From: an uncultured delta proteobacterium
Lineage (GTDB): Bacteria; Desulfobacterota; Desulfobaccia; Desulfobaccales; 0-14-0-80-60-11
Direction of reading: 5' to 3'
NCBI GenBank assembly: GCA_963812015.1
Contig: CAWETI010000003.1
Location: 1,184,001-1,248,000 of the forward strand
DNA length: 64,000 nucleotides
The notes beneath the pieces are model-generated. The model searched no databases and was not told the DNA's origin. It saw nothing but the letters and a program-made list of their open reading frames with translations. Positions within the stretch are counted from its first letter, which is position 1. Every line of letters starts with the position of its first letter. Below, one piece after another: positions 9,310 to 18,914 of this stretch. The translations under genes and the position numbers were made by a program.

Positions 9310-10818
9310 TTGAGCAATTACCGTACGTTCATCAAGAATAATTTAATTGTTCTATCTGGACATTTGCTGATTTACGCCCAGGGCGTTATTCTAATGCCTA
9401 TTATCATAAAAACTATAGGAATAAAAGTTTATGGTGGTTATAGTATCTTGATTACTAGTGTCGGCTTTCTGATGGCCATTGCTTCTTTCGGAGTTGGCTT
9501 TCGACGAAATAGATTTCTTCCCTCAGCTCAGGACGCACAAGAGCGTCGAGATCTATTTTATCCGCCATTTTATATTAATTTAGCATGTCTCATGCTATTA
9601 TCATTAGGATTAATCATTTCGTACCCAATTTTGGATAGATTATTCTTTAAAGGAGATTTATTATTTTTAATATGGCTTGTCGTTCCATATTATTTATTTA
9701 ATTCACTCTATGGGCAAACCACAGGCTATTTTAGATATACTCATAGGATAAATTATTTTAATTATTCTACATTAGCCTATGCTTGTCTTAATATCACTAT
9801 GATTTTATTATTAAGTTCCTTAGCCTATAAATTGACACTAAACGTTCTATTCATTATTCAAATTTTTTCATCCATCTTAGTAGCACTCCCGTTGACCATC
9901 AAAATGATTCAAGAGATCGGTCTCAGATTTGCCATACCCAATATACAAGATCTATTCGATGATATTAAATTGGGTTTCCCTTTGGTCTTAGCTTATTTTG
10001 TTGATTTCATTCTTAATTCCAGTGATAAGTTTGTGATTACCGCCTATATATCGATAACTGCGGTGGGTTACTATAATGCAGCCTACGCATTGGGTTCTTT
10101 TATAATTGTAATCCCCACAATCTCAGGTGTGGTTTTGCCACCGCTTATCTCTAAGGCAGTTGATACGGGCAACGAAGTCGAAGCCCGCACCATGATCAAT
10201 TATACGGTAAAAGGGTTCTTACTGGTGGGAATTCCATTTGTAGTGGGAAGCGCGGTAATGAGTAGGCCATTATTAATGTTATTAACAAATGCTGAAGTCG
10301 CTAATAAAGCTTTTTTTATAACTCCAATAGTATCTTTAGGGATCATTTTTTATGGCCTATGTGTCATCCTGTCAAACGTACTGCTTGTAAGAATGAAAAC
10401 AGCGATAATATTTAAAATACATATTGTCTCGGCAATATTAAATATTAGTCTAAATTTATTAATAATTTACTTTATAAGAAACATATTAGTTGCAGCTATA
10501 ACAACATGTATAAGTTATCTCATATCATTTGTTATTATGAAATATGTGGTAGATAATGACTGGTTCATTGATTATGATCTTAAAGCAATTATGAAATCTA
10601 TTGTGGCCTCTTTATGCATGGGGACTCTCTTATTTTATATATCCTCATGCCTCGGAACTGGCACTCTTCCAATATCTTATGTTATGGGTGAAGTAATTGT
10701 TGGGATGATAATATATTGCCTGGCTATTTTGCTTTTTAGGACCTTTTCTTCCAAAGAGTTAATTTACCTGAAAAAACTTGTGGTTAACCTGGATTATGCC
10801 AGAGAAAAAGGTGGATAA
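9310..10818 (+). CDS. wzx: Wzx-type oligosaccharide flippase (MOP family)
   Basis: 502 aa, about 12-14 hydrophobic segments, ILNSSDKFVI...AVGYYNAAY motif; AT-rich. Confidence 0.88.
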   Translation: MSNYRTFIKNNLIVLSGHLLIYAQGVILMPIIIKTIGIKVYGGYSILITSVGFLMAIASFGVGFRRNRFLPSAQDAQERRDLFYPPFYINLACLMLLSLGLIISYPILDRLFFKGDLLFLIWLVVPYYLFNSLYGQTTGYFRYTHRINYFNYSTLAYACLNITMILLLSSLAYKLTLNVLFIIQIFSSILVALPLTIKMIQEIGLRFAIPNIQDLFDDIKLGFPLVLAYFVDFILNSSDKFVITAYISITAVGYYNAAYALGSFIIVIPTISGVVLPPLISKAVDTGNEVEARTMINYTVKGFLLVGIPFVVGSAVMSRPLLMLLTNAEVANKAFFITPIVSLGIIFYGLCVILSNVLLVRMKTAIIFKIHIVSAILNISLNLLIIYFIRNILVAAITTCISYLISFVIMKYVVDNDWFIDYDLKAIMKSIVASLCMGTLLFYISSCLGTGTLPISYVMGEVIVGMIIYCLAILLFRTFSSKELIYLKKLVVNLDYAREKGG

Positions 10819-10879
10819 TAGTATAAGTATATGATATAAGGAAGATATGTTAGTAAATCGGGTGTCTAAAAATGCTCGA

Positions 10880-12340
10880 TAGTGGTGGAAGCAGGAAAGA
10901 GGTGATTCCGCCGGATTTTAACCGAGCCATCAGGATAGATTGCTATGGCGCCAAGATCACCTCAGACGGTGGTTTTCTCCTGATGGGAGAGATAGATGAC
11001 CATTTCAAAATCATCGCCCCCATGGGAGATTGCTTGGAGGACCTAAGGTAACCTGCTCATACGAAAAATTCATTAGTCCAAATGATTCGTCAAAGGGTCT
11101 ACCTCATTGCCACCTGCTATGAAGATTTGTAACGATGCCGATTTTCTTCGTACAGACCCTGCCCTTAGGCTGGCTCCTGGCAAGGATCATCAGGCTGGGG
11201 TCGGCCAGCCCTTGCTGTCCATGCTGGGAGAATAACATCCTGGGGAACGAGGCTTGGCTGCAGGCCTTTGAGGATGCCCTGACCCGTTCCACGGGTACCC
11301 CGTTAAAGAAAAAGAACAAAAAGCGGCTGATTAGCGGCCTGGATTCCACTGAGGACCCGGCCCAAGGCAAGCAGGATTGGGTTGCCTTCAACGGCCATTT
11401 TGCCAAGAACTGGTTCCATCCGCTTTTTGGCTCTATCAGCGAGCGCGATTGTCTGAGGGCAATGCTGAGACCGGGGAACGTCCATTCCGCCGACGGCACT
11501 CTTCCACTTCACTACCTTGGTGGACCGTTACCGTCTCTGGTTTCAGCTCTTTTGGCTGCGTAGCGATGCTGCCTTTGCCAACCCGGAAACCTACGAGTAT
11601 TGCGAAGAACACCGTATGACGTATTTCATTCGGTTGCCGTCAAATAAAAACCTGGATAAACTGGTGGCGCCTCATTTCGGTAGTCCGGTCAGCCGACCGC
11701 CCCAGAGCGTATTCAGGTCAAGATCGTTGAGCTCCACTACTAGGCCAAGAGTTGGAGCCGGCCTCGGCGGGTAGTGGCCAAGATCGAGTGGCATCGGTGC
11801 GGGCTTTTCCCCAGGATCGGCTTTGTGATCACCAACTCCAGGCTACAAGGTGACCAAGATCTATAACGGCCGGGCCGAGATAGAAAACCGGATCAAGGAA
11901 GGGAAGAACAGCTTGCGGTGGGGCAAAACCAGTTGCCAAAGGTTCGAGCCCAACCAGGCGAGGCTACAGATGGGGGTTCTGGCCTACAAACTTCTGCATA
12001 TGATCCGGCAGTTCTATGTTTGGGGTGAAGAATTGAAACGGTCCATGGAGTGTCTAATCAAGCGATTAATCAAAGTGGGCGCCAGGGTTTCTTATCTTGC
12101 CCGGAGATGGTATGTGCATATAGCCTCTGCCTTTCCTCTGGCTTTCGACTACCGATCAGTACTGGCCTAGGGTTCTTAAGGTCCACTGCATTGAGGTATC
12201 CGGGTTCTAAGGGAGGGTATGCCCCAAAAATTCTGTAAAAATTACAAGGTTTGACTTATTGGTTGACAAATTAATGGAGATTTGTGCGATCAGCGTTGTC
12301 GTTTGACAATTTGAGTACACAATAGGAAACTTCTCGGGGT
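10880..12340 (+). mobile_element. Degraded IS1380-family element (transposase pseudogene)
   Basis: Fragments in several frames: FNRAIRIDCYGAKITSDGGFLLMGEID, LRPGNVHSADG, LRSDAAFANPETYEYCE, YNGRAEIENRIKEGKN, LIKVGARVSYLARRWYVH; several frameshifts and stops; ends approximate. Confidence 0.85.
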
Positions 12341-12429
12341 TAAGCTCGGGAGGAGAGTTTCCAAAAACCATTTTTTGACCGCGTGCCCGAAGTTGCCGCA
12401 TAATCTCGGGTTAAAGGGGATACATAATT

Positions 12430-14343
12430 TTGGGAAGCGATAAGACCGTTCTGCTGGTGTGCCGTAGCATCAGCGAAATTTGCCTGCTTAAGGGGTTCCA
12501 GCCGCAACCTGACTGCCGTTATATTGTGGGCTCGGATGATTTAAGAGTGCATCTGGAGATTGGAAAATATTCTTGGGTAGCAGAGGTCTGTTATTTAGAA
12601 AAAATGGAATCTTTATTCGCGGTGGCGGCTGACGTGATTAAATATCTTGAATTGATCAATCAGTGGCTGGCCTCCCTCGGAAATAATCCTGAAGGAGTTC
12701 CCGAGGAACTGCTCTTCTGGCTTCGAGTTTGTGAAGGAGGTGTGACCACCCAACGGATACAAGATTTGCTGCTATTGATCCGCTCTTACGAATATCTGAT
12801 AGATACCTTTAATATTAGCTCTGTTATCATTTTGAGCCATCCTCAAAAAGAGTGGGAAGATGATGTATTAACCAAGGTAGGGCAAAGTAAGGGAGCGGAG
12901 GTTCGAATCATTGGACACCTCAGCCTCAGTATTTTGAAGGGAAAATTGCTCTCAATGATGAAATTACTTGCCAGAGAACCTTATTATATTTTGTCTATTC
13001 TGCGTGACAAGTTTTGGAGGGGCGTGAGATTTCATAAACCTCAAATTTCTGGTAAAGAAATAGTTATACAAATGTGCATTCCCCACGATAAATTTGTGGA
13101 ACATACTATCCTCTCAATGAAAGCGTTAAAAAACCAGGGTTATGATCCGGTGGCATTGCTTTGGAGGGCATCGAAGGCAGCGGTCAAATTCAAGCAGGAA
13201 GGACTTTGGGTTGAAAAGCTGGAAACTTTTGTCCCGATGACATGCATCTATGATGCCCCTTGGCGGGTATGGTTAACTTGGCGCCAGGCCAGGCTCCGGC
13301 GCCATGAGTTTTTGGCACATTCGGGGTTGCAATACCGCAACATCCCCCTGGGTCCCTTGTTATGGCCCTCCGTAGTCTCCTTTTTCTGGGAAGAATTGCC
13401 CCAGAGATACAGGCTCCGGCAAGCAGCCAAGCAATATTTCACCAGCCATTCCCCCCTAGCAATACGACTATGGGGCGGAGGAACCCTGGCAGAAGGGCGT
13501 ATTGTCTCAATAAGTTTAAATGATAAGCAACGGCCCCTGGTTTTTTTATGGTTGGGGGCTCTTATGGAAGATCCTTATTATGAGGTTCCGCCGACTGATC
13601 TTTTTTTAGTTGACGGGGATTACCAAGTTAACTACCTTAATGAACGTGGCATACCTGCCCAGCGCATAGTAACGGTGGGTTTATCCAGGTATGATTATCT
13701 TCCTACTTTCAGAAAAGAGTACAGTCCAAGTCAATCAAAAACATATCTGAACATTCCACAAGTTTATCAATATTATATTCTTTTTGATCCAAACTATACG
13801 CTAAGAGGTTATCTCACGCTACAAGAACAGTCCCTGGTCACTGAAGCGCTGTTAAGGTTTACCCGGGAACAATCGTCGCTCGCCTTGATGATCAAACCTC
13901 ACCCAGCCCATAGTCCCGGTTGGCTGGAGGAACTGGTTAAAGACTTTTCCTTGCCTAATGTGTATGTTATCGAAAAGGAAATGTTGCCTTACCACGCCTT
14001 AAATGCTGCAGATTTAGTTATCACCAAAGTTTCGACCCTGGCGCTGGATGCCATGTTGTTTGGAAAACCCGTAATTTCAATTCTCCTGGATGGCGAAGAG
14101 CGGTTTAGGGTATATGGTGACGCGGTGGAGCGGGCGAATAGTCTTGAGGCCTTAAATAAGATACTTACCATGATGATCAGTGATACCGGTAAGAGAGCGG
14201 ATTGGGTGAAAAATCAGCGTAAAAACCAGGAGTATTTTTTGAAGAATTATTTCGGAAATATTATTTTTGATTCGGCCAAGATGGGAGCTGAAGCTTTGGA
14301 TAAATTTATCAGTAATAATCAAGAGTTATCCAGCAAAATCTGA
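12430..14343 (+). CDS. Hypothetical surface-carbohydrate biosynthesis protein with GT-B-like C-terminus (candidate nonulosonate/glycerophosphate transferase)
   Basis: 637 aa; VGLSRYD, MIKPHP, ADLVITKVSTLALDAMLFGKPVI motifs of the Glyphos_transf/Capsule_synth-like group. Confidence 0.6.
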   Translation: MGSDKTVLLVCRSISEICLLKGFQPQPDCRYIVGSDDLRVHLEIGKYSWVAEVCYLEKMESLFAVAADVIKYLELINQWLASLGNNPEGVPEELLFWLRVCEGGVTTQRIQDLLLLIRSYEYLIDTFNISSVIILSHPQKEWEDDVLTKVGQSKGAEVRIIGHLSLSILKGKLLSMMKLLAREPYYILSILRDKFWRGVRFHKPQISGKEIVIQMCIPHDKFVEHTILSMKALKNQGYDPVALLWRASKAAVKFKQEGLWVEKLETFVPMTCIYDAPWRVWLTWRQARLRRHEFLAHSGLQYRNIPLGPLLWPSVVSFFWEELPQRYRLRQAAKQYFTSHSPLAIRLWGGGTLAEGRIVSISLNDKQRPLVFLWLGALMEDPYYEVPPTDLFLVDGDYQVNYLNERGIPAQRIVTVGLSRYDYLPTFRKEYSPSQSKTYLNIPQVYQYYILFDPNYTLRGYLTLQEQSLVTEALLRFTREQSSLALMIKPHPAHSPGWLEELVKDFSLPNVYVIEKEMLPYHALNAADLVITKVSTLALDAMLFGKPVISILLDGEERFRVYGDAVERANSLEALNKILTMMISDTGKRADWVKNQRKNQEYFLKNYFGNIIFDSAKMGAEALDKFISNNQELSSKI

Positions 14344-14376
14344 TGGCTATTGGGCAAATTAGAATATATGATATAA

Positions 14377-14407
14377 AATAAGATTGTAATAAGATTGTAA
14401 TAAGATT
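14377..14407 (+). repeat. 11-bp tandem repeat (AATAAGATTGT x2.8)
   Basis: AATAAGATTGT AATAAGATTGT AATAAGATT read directly from the sequence. Confidence 0.9.
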
Positions 14408-14675
14408 AATTCCCCCTGTGTGAGTTGCTGGAGAGGCGACGGTTACGAGTTCAAATTGGCGATTTACCGGGTACTAAAAAGCTTTCACCTCGATTTTAAA
14501 GGTTTCTGGTTCTGTTTCTCATGTTTGGCCACGCCCAGGGCCGCCAAGTGGGAACGATTCGCTTGTACATAGGCCTTGGCACCGGTAAGTTCCTTGGCCT
14601 GGGATTGGGCTAACGTTGGCAGGACCCGTCGGGCAAGTAACCCGGGGTGGCCAAAGACCTGCACGATAAACCCGG

Positions 14676-14706
14676 AGCCAGCGTCCTGAACCGCGTGGCT
14701 TTTTTG
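14676..14706 (+). terminator. Putative intrinsic terminator upstream of the second radical SAM gene
   Basis: AGCCA-GCG-loop-CGC-G-TGGCT stem followed by TTTTT. Confidence 0.5.
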
Positions 14707-14779
14707 TAGTCATAAAACCTCTTCTTCGGGGTCTTGCGGTAAAATATGGTGGTATTCTGTTATTTCTGAGGCTAGATTT

Positions 14780-15874
14780 ATGTATGACACCAATTTCTTC
14801 ATGAGTACGTTTAAGCTGAAAAAGGAAATCATCAGCCGGAAGGCAGCTTCCCGGGATTATGAGGAAATCTACCAGATTTTTAATCAGAACCTTACCCCTT
14901 CCCCCTTCGTTTTTAATATTGAGACCACCAACTTTTGCAACATGACGTGCATTATGTGTCAGCGAACTAATGAGCTAGAGCGCCCGCTGATGCACATGGA
15001 CATGCAGACCTTTAAGAATATCATAGAGCAATTAAAGCCTCGCACTTCTGATGATTACCAACGGTGGCAGAAATTCGTGCGGAAAAATTTGTTCGACAGC
15101 AGTGGCCCTTCGGAGAACAACTTTTATTATCAAGTTATTTCTAGGTCGATAACTTTGCACGGGTTCGGAGAGCCGCTGCTGGACCCCATGCTGCCAGAAC
15201 GGGTGGCCCTCATGACGCAGAGGCAAATTCCTTCTTATTTTTCCTGCAATCCCAATAACATCCGCCTCGATTTCATTAAGGAACTATTTCAGGCCAAAAT
15301 CGGCTATATAAAGTTCGCGATGGATAGTCTGGATGATGCCCGGGCTCGGGAAATTCGCGGCAGGAAGGCCGACTTTACCAGAGCCTATGAGCTGATCGAG
15401 GAGGTTCTAGAGCTTAAAAAAGCTGTGCGAGCCGAAACGGTCATTGTTATGACTATGCTAGATTTTATTGGCGCAAACGGTCTCGATTCGGAGCCGAAGC
15501 GGTTCATGGATTTGTGGCAGGGAAAAGACGTCTATGCCTATGTAAAGAGTCTGGATAATAGATGGCTTCTTAAGCGTAAAGGGGAACATGAGAAAGCCAA
15601 AGGGAAAGATAAAAGCCATTACGGCAAGCAATATTGTGAGTTCCCCTGGACCTCCATAACCATTCTCGCCGACGGCTCGGTGGTGCCCTGTACCCAGGAC
15701 ATCAATGGCCTCTGGACCTTTGGTAATGTGAATGAAAAACCTTTAGCCAATATTTGGCGAAGCCCCAAGTACCAGGAGTTCAGGCGAATGCATGTCATGG
15801 GAAATTTTTTCCCCGACTTCATGTGCCATTCCAAATGTGACCTGAACCTGGCTTGCTACTTTCTGGGAAAATGA
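14780..15874 (+). CDS. Radical SAM/SPASM-domain protein (paralog of 5691-6752)
   Basis: CNMTCIMC, LHGFGEPLLD, PSYFSCNP, CEFPW...VPCTQD...CHSKCD. Confidence 0.92.
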   Translation: MYDTNFFMSTFKLKKEIISRKAASRDYEEIYQIFNQNLTPSPFVFNIETTNFCNMTCIMCQRTNELERPLMHMDMQTFKNIIEQLKPRTSDDYQRWQKFVRKNLFDSSGPSENNFYYQVISRSITLHGFGEPLLDPMLPERVALMTQRQIPSYFSCNPNNIRLDFIKELFQAKIGYIKFAMDSLDDARAREIRGRKADFTRAYELIEEVLELKKAVRAETVIVMTMLDFIGANGLDSEPKRFMDLWQGKDVYAYVKSLDNRWLLKRKGEHEKAKGKDKSHYGKQYCEFPWTSITILADGSVVPCTQDINGLWTFGNVNEKPLANIWRSPKYQEFRRMHVMGNFFPDFMCHSKCDLNLACYFLGK

Positions 15875-16677
15875 TGGACCTTAAAGACACCTACTTCAGT
15901 CTGGAAGGAAAGGTCGTGGCATTGACCGGAGGCAGCGGCCTCATCGCCATGAGGGCAGTCAGACATCTCCCCCTTTACGGGGCCAGTCTAGTACTGGGAG
16001 TGCGAAACGTGGGCCGTTTTGAAGAGAAGCTCCGGGAGATTCACTATCCCCAAGAAACCTTCCGGCCCTCATGCTTTCATATGGACCTGGGAGAGCAAGC
16101 CACGGTGAAGAGTTTTTTCCACCAAGTAAAGGAGGAGTTCCAGCACCTGGACGTCCTTATCAACAACGCCTTTCCCAGGACCGAGGACTGGCTGGTCAAG
16201 TTCGAAGAGGTGGAGGCCGAGTCCTTATACAAGAACCTGTGTGATCATGCCGGCGGATACTTTTTATGCTGTCAGGAAGCGGCAAAAATTATGATGGAAC
16301 AAAAAACCGGGGTCATCCTGAACCTGGGATCAATCTACGGCGAAGTGGGGCCGCATTTTTCCATTTACGAGGGTACCAAGATGACCAGTCCTGCGGCCTA
16401 TTCCCTTATTAAGGGCGGCGTCCATGCCTTCACCCGTTATCTGGCCGCTTATCTCGGGCCCTACGGCATCCGGGTCAACTGCCTGAGCCCCGGTGGCATA
16501 AAAGATGAAAGCCAACAACCACCGACGTTTATTAAAAATTACATCCAGCAGACTCCCTTGGGCCGAATGGCCGACCCCGAAGACATGATTGGTCCCCTGA
16601 TCTTTCTCATTTCGGAAGCCTCCAGATACGTTACCGGACAGGTATTGTTTGCTGATGGGGGATGGACCTGCTGGTAA
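15871..16677 (+). CDS. SDR oxidoreductase (PtmA/flagellin-modification protein A-like)
   Basis: TGGSGLI, LINNAFPR, YSLIKGG (YxxxK), NCLSPGG, ADGGWTCW; ATGA overlap with the upstream stop. Confidence 0.9.
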   Translation: MMDLKDTYFSLEGKVVALTGGSGLIAMRAVRHLPLYGASLVLGVRNVGRFEEKLREIHYPQETFRPSCFHMDLGEQATVKSFFHQVKEEFQHLDVLINNAFPRTEDWLVKFEEVEAESLYKNLCDHAGGYFLCCQEAAKIMMEQKTGVILNLGSIYGEVGPHFSIYEGTKMTSPAAYSLIKGGVHAFTRYLAAYLGPYGIRVNCLSPGGIKDESQQPPTFIKNYIQQTPLGRMADPEDMIGPLIFLISEASRYVTGQVLFADGGWTCW

Positions 16678-16722
16678 CCCGTCTCATTATCCTCTTGTTT
16701 AATACCCAGGCACGATAGAGAG

Positions 16723-17766
16723 ATGTACATGGGAAATCATATCGTCATTGCTGGCCGTTTAGTGGGAAATGAATACCCTCCCCTGGTTATTGCCGAAATT
16801 GGCATAAATCATGAGGGAAGTTTAGACAAAGCCGTCCGGATGGTAGAAGACGCCCATAGGGCCGGGTGCGAATGTGTCAAACTCCAGTGTCACATCTTGG
16901 ACGAAGAGATGATCGAAAACGATGTGGTTCCGGCCAATGCCAGTGAATCCATCTGGAATATGATGAACCGGTGTTCTCTTTCCGAAAAAGAAGAGGAAGG
17001 GCTCAAAGAGCTAGTGGAAACCAAGGGGATGATTTTTCTCAGCACCCCGTTTTCACGTGGCGCGGCTGATAGACTAAATAAAATGGGGGTTTCGGCTTTC
17101 AAGATCGGTTCCGGGGAGTGCAACAACTATCCTTTGATTCAACACATCGCGGATTTCGGCAAGCCGATAATTCTCAGCACGGGAATGAACGACCTCAGAT
17201 CCATTGCCGTGGCGGTGGATATTTTAGAGAGAAGTCGAATCTCTTACGCCCTGCTGCATTGCACTTCCTTATATCCGACGCCTTATGAAAAGGTCCGCTT
17301 AGGGGGCATGGTTGAACTGGCGCAGCGCTTCCCTCACGCAGTTATCGGCTTGAGTGACCACTCTTTGGGGAACTATACTTGTTTTGCTGCCGTGGCGATG
17401 GGCGCTGCCATAGTGGAAAAACATTTCACCTCCGAGCGGAACTGGCCAGGCCCCGACATTCCCATTTCCATTACCCCCGGGGAATTGGCGGATTTGGTGC
17501 GAGGCACTGCGGCCATTCACCGGGCTTTGGGAGGCAGCAAGGAAATTTTGGCGGAGGAGGGGCCCACTATCAAGTTTGCCTATGCATCGGTGGTCACTAT
17601 CAAGCCCGTCAAACAAGGGGAGCTGTTAACCGTGAATAATATTTGGGTAAAGCGACCCGGGACCGGAGAAATTTTAGCCCCGGATTTTTGTAAGGTGCTA
17701 GGACGCCGAGCCAGGTGCGACCTGCCGGTGAATATCCAAATAAAATACGAAGACGTGGACCTATGA
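16723..17766 (+). CDS. neuB: N-acetylneuraminate synthase NeuB with SAF domain
   Basis: IAEIGINHEGSL, STPFSRGAA, KIGSGECNNYPLI, LHCTSLYPTP, GLSDH, EKHFT, PGPDI, WVKRPGTG; strongly resembles Neisseria/Campylobacter Neu5Ac synthases. Confidence 0.95.
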   Translation: MYMGNHIVIAGRLVGNEYPPLVIAEIGINHEGSLDKAVRMVEDAHRAGCECVKLQCHILDEEMIENDVVPANASESIWNMMNRCSLSEKEEEGLKELVETKGMIFLSTPFSRGAADRLNKMGVSAFKIGSGECNNYPLIQHIADFGKPIILSTGMNDLRSIAVAVDILERSRISYALLHCTSLYPTPYEKVRLGGMVELAQRFPHAVIGLSDHSLGNYTCFAAVAMGAAIVEKHFTSERNWPGPDIPISITPGELADLVRGTAAIHRALGGSKEILAEEGPTIKFAYASVVTIKPVKQGELLTVNNIWVKRPGTGEILAPDFCKVLGRRARCDLPVNIQIKYEDVDL

Positions 17767-18914
17767 AGCAGAAAACGATATGCGTTTATACCTGTAATCG
17801 CTCGGAATACAGCAGGCTAAAATCGGTCATGAAGGCTATTGAGGCTCACCTCGGCCTGGATCTGAAGATTGTGGTCGGTGGGTCACAGTTACTGGAACGA
17901 TACGGCATGACCGTAATTGATATCGAAAATGACGGGTTTGTCATCAATGAGAAAATTCAGAACGTGGTGGAAGGCTCAACGCCGGAGGCCATGGCCAAGT
18001 CCGCCGGTTTAGCCATCATAGAGCTTACCACCTGTTTTTCTCGGATCCAACCGGATGTTCTCCTGGTAGTCGGCGACCGGTATGACATGCTGCCCGCGGT
18101 GGTGGCAGCCTCTTTCTTGAATATTCCCATTGCACATATTCAGGGTGGGGAAAAAACCGGTTCCATAGATGAATCCATCCGGCATGTGGTGACCAAATTC
18201 GCGCATCTGCATTTCCCCGCAACCGAAAAAAGTAAAGACCTCATCATTCAAATGGACGAGAAGCCCCACAGGGTCTTTGTAACTGGCTGCCCCTCCATTG
18301 ATAACATCCTGCAAATAGCTTCCATGGACCGAAAAGTGCTCTTTGAGACTCCACCCATTCCTTCTAAATTGGAGCTCAGGTCCCCGTCGGCGGATCAAGA
18401 TTATATCCTGTTGATCCAGCATCCGAATACTACCGAATATGACCAGTGTTACGACCAGATGATCGCCACGCTGACGGCCATCCATAAAATAAGGCTCCAG
18501 ACCTTGTTGATTTACCCCAATCTAGATGCCGGGTCGGATAGGATGGTGGCCGCGATTCGCAGGTTTATGTTGAAACAGGAATGTGATTACCTTTTCTGTT
18601 TTAAACATGTCCCCATGGACACCTTCATTAATCTTTTACGTTATGCTTCATGTATTGTTGGCAATTCCAGCAGTGGAATTAGAGAATCATGCTATTTCGG
18701 CACGCCTTGTGTAAATATTGGCAGCAGACAAAATAAACGGGAACATGGGAGCAACGTTATCAATACGGGCCATGATTCTGATGAGATCTACCGGGCCATT
18801 AAGAAGCAACTAGAAATCAAGAGGTACCCTGTTGAACACATCTATGGTGATGGCAATGCCGGACCCTTGATTGCTGATATTCTTTACCGGACCGATATAA
18901 ATATTCAAAAATGA
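17763..18914 (+). CDS. neuC: UDP-N-acetylglucosamine 2-epimerase (hydrolysing) NeuC
   Basis: NRSEYS, VGDRYD, HIQGGE-TGSIDESIRH, GNSSSGIRE, NIGSRQ, YGDGNA; ATGA overlap with neuB. Confidence 0.93.
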   Translation: MKQKTICVYTCNRSEYSRLKSVMKAIEAHLGLDLKIVVGGSQLLERYGMTVIDIENDGFVINEKIQNVVEGSTPEAMAKSAGLAIIELTTCFSRIQPDVLLVVGDRYDMLPAVVAASFLNIPIAHIQGGEKTGSIDESIRHVVTKFAHLHFPATEKSKDLIIQMDEKPHRVFVTGCPSIDNILQIASMDRKVLFETPPIPSKLELRSPSADQDYILLIQHPNTTEYDQCYDQMIATLTAIHKIRLQTLLIYPNLDAGSDRMVAAIRRFMLKQECDYLFCFKHVPMDTFINLLRYASCIVGNSSSGIRESCYFGTPCVNIGSRQNKREHGSNVINTGHDSDEIYRAIKKQLEIKRYPVEHIYGDGNAGPLIADILYRTDINIQK

